A stretch of 64,000 nucleotides of DNA from Polyangiaceae bacterium (GTDB lineage: Bacteria; Myxococcota_A; Polyangia; Polyangiales; Polyangiaceae). Position numbers and translations under genes: made by a program. Location of the stretch: the NCBI GenBank assembly GCA_044376115.1, contig JBILLK010000016.1, positions 154,830-218,829 of the forward strand. Direction: 5' to 3'. This document shows, piece by piece, positions 56,739 to 64,000 of the stretch; position 1 is the first letter of the stretch, and each line of letters opens with the position of its first letter. The notes beneath the pieces are model-generated. The model made no database searches and was not told where the DNA came from. It was given only the letters and a program-made list of their open reading frames with translations.

Positions 56739-58178
56739 ATGGGGGATCGCGCAGAAAGTTTGGGTGCCCCCTATCGTATAGGCCTTAGGCTTGGGTGCGG
56801 AGTCGCGCTTGCGGCGCTGCTCGGCTGCAATGCGGCTCCGAGCTCTCCGAGCGGCGACGCTCAGGGCGTCATGCCTCCGACTGCTAAGCGCGTGGACGTC
56901 GACGCCGCCGCCAGCGCGCGGGTTAGCGCAAGCGCAAGCGCTATGGTCGAAATGGCTCCCCCGAACGAGCCGGAGCGTCCACCGTGTGCCAACGCTCACG
57001 AGCCGCTAATCGACAATAAGGACGAATTCTTCTTGCCTACTGCGCAGCCCGCTGACGTTTCCGTCGATGGTCAGTCGCTCGAGCGATTGAGCGCCGCGGC
57101 TCGTACGGCGCAGTCGGATTCGCTGATTGTGATCAAAGACCACCGTGTGGTGCTCAATCGTCGATTTGGCTCGGCGCCAGGGCCGATCGAGACCCGCTCG
57201 GCGACCAAAGGGATCGCCGCGGTGGCCGTGTTAGCGCTGATCGCCGACGGGAAGATCCGTTCGTTGGATGAGCCGCTAGCGACCTTTTTTCCGGAGTTCG
57301 GCTCGGGGCCCAAACGCGATATCACCCTTCGTCAGGTGATGAATCACAGCTCGGGGCTCCGTCACGCGGCAACCAACGCTGACGCGCTCAACGCGCAGTC
57401 CGACCGCTTGGCGTACGCTCGAGCGTTGCCCGTGAGTACAGCTCCGGGGACGACATTCTCTTATAGCAATGAGGCTACTCAGCTATTGACCGGCGTCATC
57501 GCGATAGCCTCCGGCGAGGCCACCGAGGAGTACGTCAAACGACGCCTGTTTTCGCCGCTCGGTATTGTCAATTATCGTTGGAAACGCGACCGATCAGGTG
57601 CGGTCCAGACTTATTATGGTTTGGAACTCGAGGCTCAGGACCTCGCGCGGATAGGGCTTTTGTTAGCCGACGGTGGTGTGTTCGCGGGCAAGCGGGTTCT
57701 GCCGGAAGACCTCGTCGCGCAGCTTTTCATGCCGAGCGAACGTTATGGTGGTTACGGGCTTTGCTTCTGGCTCGATCCGCCGGTGATGCAAGATGAGGCC
57801 CGCTTGAAGGCGTTCCCCGGATCGAAGGCGATCAAGGCAGGAAGCCTCGATTCGCTGAACGGTCGTCGCTTCGATTCAGGGGAGCTCTACTTCGTAGAGG
57901 TCGATAAGTTGCTCGCTGGTGACACGCTCGGCTTGCGAGCGCTCCATCGCGCCGGCAAGGCGCCGCTTCAGGTCCTGCGTGAGTCCTCGTTGGCAGCGTT
58001 CGCGATTGGTGGTTTGGGCCAACGCTTGGAGATCTACCCGAAGGCTCGGGTGGTCGCCGTTCGGCAGCATCGAAGGCGGCCCGGTGACAACCAGCGAGCA
58101 CAAGAGGATCTCGTTACGTTCAGGAAGATGCAGTGGTTGATGCAGCCGGTGCTGCGACCATGCAAAGCCTCGACATAG
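56739..58178 (+). CDS. Serine hydrolase (beta-lactamase class C-like) lipoprotein
   Basis: SATK (SxxK), HSSGL, FSYSN, DLARIG; lipobox LLGC. Confidence 0.88.
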   Translation: MGDRAESLGAPYRIGLRLGCGVALAALLGCNAAPSSPSGDAQGVMPPTAKRVDVDAAASARVSASASAMVEMAPPNEPERPPCANAHEPLIDNKDEFFLPTAQPADVSVDGQSLERLSAAARTAQSDSLIVIKDHRVVLNRRFGSAPGPIETRSATKGIAAVAVLALIADGKIRSLDEPLATFFPEFGSGPKRDITLRQVMNHSSGLRHAATNADALNAQSDRLAYARALPVSTAPGTTFSYSNEATQLLTGVIAIASGEATEEYVKRRLFSPLGIVNYRWKRDRSGAVQTYYGLELEAQDLARIGLLLADGGVFAGKRVLPEDLVAQLFMPSERYGGYGLCFWLDPPVMQDEARLKAFPGSKAIKAGSLDSLNGRRFDSGELYFVEVDKLLAGDTLGLRALHRAGKAPLQVLRESSLAAFAIGGLGQRLEIYPKARVVAVRQHRRRPGDNQRAQEDLVTFRKMQWLMQPVLRPCKAST

Positions 58179-58211
58179 AGCCGCCTCCGCGAGCCCGAGG
58201 GGTCGGCTAAG

Positions 58212-59564
58212 ATGCCGCGCATGTCGCGCATGTCGCTACCGCCGGGACCGCAAAGCCCCTCCGTTTGGACAACCCTGCAGTGGCTGAGGCGGCCGTATCC
58301 CTTTCTGGAGGAGTGTCGCGCGAAGTACGGCGAGACGTTCACCTTCGGCCTCTACGGTTTACCGCCGCTGGTTGTCTTCTCGAACCCGGAGCACGTGCGA
58401 GAGGTTTTTCACGACGACGGTGAGAGCTTGCTCGGCGGAAAGTTCAACCGCTCGCTAGCGCCGTTGCTGGGGGACTCGAGCGTGCTGATGACCGACGGGC
58501 GGGACCACAAACGCAAACGAAAGCTTTTGGCGCCGCCCTTCCGTGGCGAGCGCATGCACGGCTACGGCGAGTCGATGCTCGAGATCACGAGCAAGATCCT
58601 CGATGGCCTACCGCGCGATCAGGCGTTCCCACTGCATGAAGTGATGCAGCAGATCACCCTCGAGGTCATCATCCGCACGGTCTTCGGCATCGCCGAGGGG
58701 CCGCGCTTCGACGATATGGTGCAGCGAACCAAGCGGATCTTGGAGCTTGGTTCGTGGCCGCCGTTGCTCTTGCCGTTCATGCAACACGAGCTCGGTGGGC
58801 ACTCCCCGTATGGGCGCTTCCGCGAGGCCGTACGGCGCGGGGATGAGGTGGTGTTCGACGAGATCCGCCGTCGACGACGCGATGGTGTGCGAGGCACCGA
58901 TGTCCTTTCTCTGTTGCTCGACGCAAAGGATGAGGACGGTCAAGTCCCGGCGGAGAACGAGCTGCGCGATGAGCTGGTGACGCTGCTCGTCGCTGGGCAT
59001 GAGACCACGGCCACAGGGCTCACGTGGGCCTTTCGCTGGCTGCTCACCCAACCCGGTACCTTCGCCGATTTGCGCGCTGCGGTGGATGAACTCGGGCCGG
59101 ACCCTTCGCCCGAGCAGATCGCTAAGTGTGAGTTCTTGGATGCCACCGTTCGCGAGGCGCTGCGCTTGGTCCCGGTCATTCCGCTGGTGGGACGCGTGCT
59201 CGATAAGCCGATGCGGCTCGGCGGCTGGGACTTGCCGCAAGGCGTGGCCGTGGTTTGCAGCATCTACCTCGCGCACCGCCGCCCCGAGGCGTATCCGCAG
59301 CCCGCCGAGTTCGACCCAGCGCGCTTCGTCGGTAAGAAGTTCTCGGCCTCGGAGTTTTACCCGTTTGGTGGTGGCGTGCGGACCTGCGTAGGGATGGCCT
59401 TTGCCTTCTATGAGATGAAGATGGTGATGGCGCGAATCCTTTCCCGGCTCGAGCTCCGGCTGGCGCAGTCGAGCTTCAAGATGGTGCGGCGCTCGATCAC
59501 GATTACGCCGGAGCAAGGGCTGCTCGTTCGCGCGAGTGATCGGCGGTTTGCTCGGGCCTCCTAG
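58212..59564 (+). CDS. Cytochrome P450
   Basis: AGHETT, EALR, PFGGGVRTCVG heme motif. Confidence 0.96.
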   Translation: MPRMSRMSLPPGPQSPSVWTTLQWLRRPYPFLEECRAKYGETFTFGLYGLPPLVVFSNPEHVREVFHDDGESLLGGKFNRSLAPLLGDSSVLMTDGRDHKRKRKLLAPPFRGERMHGYGESMLEITSKILDGLPRDQAFPLHEVMQQITLEVIIRTVFGIAEGPRFDDMVQRTKRILELGSWPPLLLPFMQHELGGHSPYGRFREAVRRGDEVVFDEIRRRRRDGVRGTDVLSLLLDAKDEDGQVPAENELRDELVTLLVAGHETTATGLTWAFRWLLTQPGTFADLRAAVDELGPDPSPEQIAKCEFLDATVREALRLVPVIPLVGRVLDKPMRLGGWDLPQGVAVVCSIYLAHRRPEAYPQPAEFDPARFVGKKFSASEFYPFGGGVRTCVGMAFAFYEMKMVMARILSRLELRLAQSSFKMVRRSITITPEQGLLVRASDRRFARAS

Positions 59565-59617
59565 CCCAGCGTTCGACCGCTGTAGAGGCCTTCGGCTGAA
59601 GGTGATATCGGTCAGCG

Positions 59618-60643
59618 ATGGAACTGCGCAGGCTGGGCAACTCGGGTCTCAAGGTCAGCGTTCTTTCGATGGGAGCGATGACCTTCGGCGAGTCGCAGAC
59701 GTTCATGAAGGGCCTCACGTCGGAGGACGATGAAGCGCGTCGCGTGTTCGATCGAGCGGTCGACCTAGGGATGAACTTGGTTGATACCGCCAACATTTAC
59801 GGCGACGGAACCAGTGAGTTTTTGACCGGCCAATGGGTCAAGGAGAAGCGTGACCGTGTGCTGTTGGCGACGAAGTGTCGCTTCCCCTTCGGCATGGGCT
59901 CGGGCAAGCCGGTGGGGCCGTTCGATCAAGGGCTGTCGCGCATTCACATCATGCGAGCCTGCGAAGAATCGCTGCGGCGTTTGGGCACCACGCACATCGA
60001 CCTGTACCAGGTGCACATGCAAGACGGCAGCGTGCCCATCGAGGAGACGCTGCGCGCACTCGATGACCTCGTGACGCAGGGCAAAGTCCGCTACATCGGC
60101 TGTTCGAATTTTACCGGCTATCGGCTGACCGAGTCGCTGTGGAGCGCCGAGAAGAACCGAACCCAGGCGTTCATCAGCGTGCAGTTGCAGTGGTCCCTGA
60201 TCGTTCGCAGCGCTGAGCGCGAGGTGTTGCCGGCGTGTCGTCGGTTTGGCGTTGGTACGATGATTTGGTCGCCGCTCGCGCGCGGCTTCCTGAGCGGTAA
60301 GTACAAGCGCAGTGAAGCCGCGCCCGAAGGCTCGCGACTCGCCGTCTGGAAGGACTCGATGAAGTCGCTGGACCAACAGCAAAACTGGGCGATCCTCGAA
60401 ACGGTGGATGGCCTTGCGCGCAAACACGAGACGACCTCGAGCGCCATCGCGCTTGCGTGGCTCCTAGCGAAGCCGGAGACCTCCACCATCGTCGTGGGCG
60501 CGCGTACGGTGGCTCAGCTCGAGGACAACGCGAAGGCGCTCTCAGTGAAGCTCTCTGCCGAGGACGTTGCGGCGCTCGATGCGGTGTCGAAGCCCGATTG
60601 GGGCTATCCCTACGACTTCATCGGCATGCGCGAGCCTTGGTGA
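59618..60643 (+). CDS. Aldo/keto reductase
   Basis: LGNSGLKVS, DTANIY, SLRRLGT..IDLYQVH, WSPLARGFLSGKY. Confidence 0.96.
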   Translation: MELRRLGNSGLKVSVLSMGAMTFGESQTFMKGLTSEDDEARRVFDRAVDLGMNLVDTANIYGDGTSEFLTGQWVKEKRDRVLLATKCRFPFGMGSGKPVGPFDQGLSRIHIMRACEESLRRLGTTHIDLYQVHMQDGSVPIEETLRALDDLVTQGKVRYIGCSNFTGYRLTESLWSAEKNRTQAFISVQLQWSLIVRSAEREVLPACRRFGVGTMIWSPLARGFLSGKYKRSEAAPEGSRLAVWKDSMKSLDQQQNWAILETVDGLARKHETTSSAIALAWLLAKPETSTIVVGARTVAQLEDNAKALSVKLSAEDVAALDAVSKPDWGYPYDFIGMREPW

Positions 60644-60659
60644 AGAAGCTCGAACTCGG

Positions 60660-61973
60660 GTGAAGGTCCTCAATCAGGCGGACGCCGAGCGGCTTGCGAG
60701 CCTCGACTTCGCCACGCCGAACGCCGCGCCAGAGCTCGAGCAGTGGCTCGTCGCGGCTTTGCGCGAGGGTCAGGTGGATACGGCTGCTCCGAACTACTTC
60801 GGGTTCCCTCACGGCTCGGTCGGTCCGGCGGCGAGCGAAGGCGCGCGCCTTTCGGCTGAGCTCAACCCGGAGCTCGCGACGCGCCACCATGCGCCGTTCG
60901 CTTCTGCCTTGGAGGACCGGCTTCTCACTTTGTTCGGTTCGTTCTTCTACGGCAACGTCGCTCATCGCGGCATCGTTACGACCGGGGGCAGCGAGGCCAA
61001 CCTCAGCGCGCTGCTGCTCGCCTTGGCCGCTGCGTCTGAGCGCTTTACGCGCAAGGGCGTCGCGGCGCTGGGCGGTCCGGGGCGGGTTTACGTGTCGAGC
61101 GATGCGCACCCTTCGGTGCGCAAAGCGTGCCGCATGACTGGCCTGGGTGATGAGGCGTTTCGCGTGGTGGGCTCCGACTCGGTGGGCCGGATGCAACCCG
61201 AGCGGCTGCGCGCGGCGCTCGCGGAAGACCGAGCCAAGGGGCTGCGCGCGGTTGCGATCGTCGCGACGTTGGGGACCACGACGACCGGCGCTGTCGACCC
61301 GATCGCGGCGTTGGTGGAGGTGGCTCGAGGGGCCAAGGTGTGGCTGCACGTGGACGCAGCGTTTGGCGGTTGGTTGGCGCTCGACGGTCAGCCTCATGCC
61401 GAGCTCGAAGGGCTTGGGGAGGTGGATTCGGTCTGCTTCGATCCGCCGAAGGTATGCGACGTACCGTTGGGCTCCGGGCTCTTGTTCACGCGTCATCCCC
61501 AGCTCTTTCGCACGGTCTTTTCGGTGGGTGCTCGTTACCTCCCACGAACGGCGGACGAGCCTTTTGCGACAACTCCTTCTTGGTCGCGTGGTGCACGCTT
61601 GTTGCCGTTGGCGTTCTCGCTATCGCGAAGGGGCTTTTCGGGGCTTGCGAGCTCGCTGCGCGCGCGTGAGGCGCTGGCCGTGCGACTGAGAGAACGTCTC
61701 GCCGACGCTGGTTTCACGGTGTTTCCAGGGTCAGCGTTGCCGGTGGTCGCCTTCAGCGACGAGTCGGTTCCGCGCGAGCAGCGCGCCAAGCGACTCGTGG
61801 GGCTGGCCGAGCAAGCCCGAGTCGAGCTCTCGGCGTATTTGCCCATGGTGCGCCTGCCCAGCGGGGAGCCCGTGTTGCGAGCGGCCATCGTGAGCGAACA
61901 CACGCAGGCCTCGGATGTAGAGCGCCTTTGCGACGTGCTGGCGGCGGCGCTTCGGCAAGTGCGGATCGGTTAA
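60660..61973 (+). CDS. Group II PLP-dependent decarboxylase-like protein
   Basis: GGSEAN, AHPSVRKA, GTTTTGAVD, WLHVDAAFGG, DSVCFDPPK. Confidence 0.85.
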   Translation: MKVLNQADAERLASLDFATPNAAPELEQWLVAALREGQVDTAAPNYFGFPHGSVGPAASEGARLSAELNPELATRHHAPFASALEDRLLTLFGSFFYGNVAHRGIVTTGGSEANLSALLLALAAASERFTRKGVAALGGPGRVYVSSDAHPSVRKACRMTGLGDEAFRVVGSDSVGRMQPERLRAALAEDRAKGLRAVAIVATLGTTTTGAVDPIAALVEVARGAKVWLHVDAAFGGWLALDGQPHAELEGLGEVDSVCFDPPKVCDVPLGSGLLFTRHPQLFRTVFSVGARYLPRTADEPFATTPSWSRGARLLPLAFSLSRRGFSGLASSLRAREALAVRLRERLADAGFTVFPGSALPVVAFSDESVPREQRAKRLVGLAEQARVELSAYLPMVRLPSGEPVLRAAIVSEHTQASDVERLCDVLAAALRQVRIG

Positions 61974-63001
61974 CGCTTTGAGCGCTCCGGAAGGAGCAAC
62001 GTTCGCTTGAGCACCCAGCTTTGTTTCGGTTGCTTGGCGTCTCCTTCGATGCTCACGAGCAAGCTCCCATCTTTCTCTTCTTGGTAGCGGATACGCTTGG
62101 GGTAGTCGTGCTTGAGGTTCTCAAACTCGAGCGTGCCCGCGACTCCCGGCGCTTTCATCACGAACTCGGTGGGCGCTTTGCCCATCGGCTGCGCCACGTA
62201 GACGACCTTTCCTCCGCTCCGACTTTCGAGCCGCAGGTACTCGAAGAATGCTCCACCCTTCGACCGGCCCATCCCCAAGAGCGCGCCGTTGGCGTCGCCT
62301 GTCCAATGCTCCTCGATCGCGGTCCCATCAGTGGCGGTGCCCGCCCAACTGCCGCTGAGCAACCTGGAAGCGTCACTGGCCGCACCCGAGGTCGGGCTCG
62401 CCGGCGAAAGGGAGAGGGCGTCTCGCACTTGGGCGAAGCGCTCGTTGGGTACCGTGATGGCGAGGTTGTACTGCAGGATCTTCCAAACGCCGTCACGCAG
62501 CACGAGCACGCCAGAGCCGCGGGCCGGCCCAAGCGACCGCGTCTCCAGCTCCTCGTCGAAGTAAGCCAACTGACCGGCCGGTTCGACCACGATGTTGCGA
62601 CGCGCGGCCTTCATGGCCCAACCGCGGCCCGCGCTGAAATGAGGATGGGCGTAAGCCTGGAACGCTTCTTTCGACCAACGTTCCGTCGCATCGGTGCCGA
62701 GAAAAACCGAATCGGCGGCGAGATGGGCGAAGTAGCGAGCCTCGTCGCTCTTGGCCGCTGCGTCGTGCCAGTCGTCGAGAAGTAGCCCGAGTGCGTGCGC
62801 CGCTTGCCGTTCATCAACGACGGTCTGCGCAACGCAAGCGCGGTTGGGCGTGAGCGTTGGCGGCACGACCCGAGTTGGGTCGGCCGCACACGCGATGAGG
62901 TGGGATGCCGTCAGGAGGAGGACAGAGCCACGCGCGAGTTGAAGGGCTCGCGCGAAGGACAGATGTTTACGGGCCTGCGGTCGTTCTGCTTTGGAGTCCA
63001 C
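61970..63001 (-). CDS. SnoaL/NTF2-like domain + DUF6265-like domain protein
   Basis: LDDWHDAAA..YF..GTDATERW, RGSGVL..WKILQYNL; then GSW..EEHW, FEYLR, FEN..HDYPKRI.Y. Confidence 0.75.
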   Translation of the reverse strand: MDSKAERPQARKHLSFARALQLARGSVLLLTASHLIACAADPTRVVPPTLTPNRACVAQTVVDERQAAHALGLLLDDWHDAAAKSDEARYFAHLAADSVFLGTDATERWSKEAFQAYAHPHFSAGRGWAMKAARRNIVVEPAGQLAYFDEELETRSLGPARGSGVLVLRDGVWKILQYNLAITVPNERFAQVRDALSLSPASPTSGAASDASRLLSGSWAGTATDGTAIEEHWTGDANGALLGMGRSKGGAFFEYLRLESRSGGKVVYVAQPMGKAPTEFVMKAPGVAGTLEFENLKHDYPKRIRYQEEKDGSLLVSIEGDAKQPKQSWVLKRTLLLPERSKR

Positions 63002-63033
63002 CGTCGGTGGAATCTATCCGAAGTGCCGCGCTT

Positions 63034-63792
63034 TCAGTCTTTCCAACTGATCTCGACGCGCTTTGCGCCGAGCTGGGTCAAGAGGGAGGTGAGCTGCCGC
63101 TCGGCTTGCTTTTTTGCCCGCTCAGTGACGTCGGGCTCGGACGCTGCGCGCTCAACGGCTTGCAGCGCTTCTTTGCGGCCCCGCGCCTCGAGCTTCTCGT
63201 TGCGTTTGGCGAGAATGCCGGTCTCACGCCGGTAAACGTAGGTTGCGTCAGGGTCGAGCCGGGTGGAGAGCACTTGAGGCTGGGGCAAACGTAGTTTGGC
63301 CGTCCTGCTTTGCTCGTCCCATTGGACGTCGGAGGGGCCGAGTTTCTCCAAATCTACGCCCACGGTTGCGCTGCCAGCTGCAACAAGCAGCATGGCGTCC
63401 TCGGTCTCAATCAGGCCGAAGAGCTTCTGCTTGTCAGCGAGGTCAACGACCTTTTCCACCTGGACTTCTGTCAGCTCGAGCCGGGAGAGGTCCTTGATCG
63501 CAACCAACACATCGTGCGTGGGCTTGACCTCCACCCCTGGAACGACCCCCGCCGACTTCATAAAGCCGAAGTAACCAACGCCGGTCACCATCACCGCTGC
63601 CATGGCACTGGCTAGCAGCGCTGGCAGGAACACCGACGGGGAGCGCGGAGCCTCCGCGTAGGGCCGCGCCGCCGGCTCTCCACCCCCAAACCTAAGGGGT
63701 GTCCGGCGGGGCTTCTCCTGGGATTCGGCGGAGAAAGGATCCGTAAGCAGAGGGCGATTGAGACTGACCACGGCGCTCCTTTGTGAGGTCAA
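63034..63792 (-). CDS. DUF4230 domain protein
   Basis: Single TM, then G...VGVDL..LP.PQV, AKKQAE..L..LL...G. Confidence 0.8.
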   Translation of the reverse strand: MTSQRSAVVSLNRPLLTDPFSAESQEKPRRTPLRFGGGEPAARPYAEAPRSPSVFLPALLASAMAAVMVTGVGYFGFMKSAGVVPGVEVKPTHDVLVAIKDLSRLELTEVQVEKVVDLADKQKLFGLIETEDAMLLVAAGSATVGVDLEKLGPSDVQWDEQSRTAKLRLPQPQVLSTRLDPDATYVYRRETGILAKRNEKLEARGRKEALQAVERAASEPDVTERAKKQAERQLTSLLTQLGAKRVEISWKD

Positions 63793-63851
63793 GACGACCT
63801 CTCTAGCGTGCGCACGTCAGACGTTGCTGCAACGAGAAACTTTCTACGCAG

Positions 63852-64000
63852 TCAGCGCTTCTTGGGAGCGGCTTTCTTGGGAGCGGCTTTCTTGGGAGCG
63901 GCTTTCTTGGGAGCGGCTTTCTTGGGAGCGGCTTTCTTGGGAGCGGCTTTCTTGGGAGCGGCTTTCTTGGGAGCGGCTTTCTTGGGAGCGGCTTTCTTGG
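63852..64000 (-). CDS. 3' end of a gene with a histone-like (KKAAP)n tail, truncated by the window end
   Basis: Minus strand reads (CCC AAG AAA GCC GCT)n...AAG CGC TGA with the stop at 63852-63854. Confidence 0.7.
   Translation of the reverse strand, partial: KKAAPKKAAPKKAAPKKAAPKKAAPKKAAPKKAAPKKAAPKKAAPKKR
63859..64000. repeat. Perfect 15-bp tandem repeat TTCTTGGGAGCGGCT (9 full copies plus a partial)
   Basis: Directly visible; continues to the window edge. Confidence 0.97.

Overview
High-GC window whose gene content (four Ser/Thr kinases, Gly-linker lipoproteins, DUF2169, FHA-DUF4123, Uma2) suggests a Polyangiales/Sorangiineae-type myxobacterium. It is mostly dense coding sequence: the 5' end of dapD, peptidases (M23-like, M14, M16, M13), transporters, signalling genes and an orphan T6SS spike module (vgrG, PAAR-fused effector, probable immunity gene, FHA-DUF4123). 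Three things stand out. (1) A probable selenoprotein that the ORF track truncates: an ArsC/Spx-family gene at 41089-41457 with an in-frame TGA at the catalytic Cys position, followed 11 nt later by a 17-nt SECIS-like hairpin. (2) A divergent HUH (Y1) transposase-like gene at 25983-26801, flanked by four 51-bp GGAGCGACATT...AATGTCGCTCC palindromes arranged as two inverted pairs. A fifth, decayed copy interrupts a nearby prenyltransferase-like gene. The element lies between two convergent Nal1-like serine protease paralogs and a standalone copy of their N-terminal domain. (3) A PAAR effector with a toxin-like core followed by about seven 37-aa helical repeats. All calls come from reading motifs by eye; no searches were run. 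No rRNA, tRNA or CRISPR array was seen.
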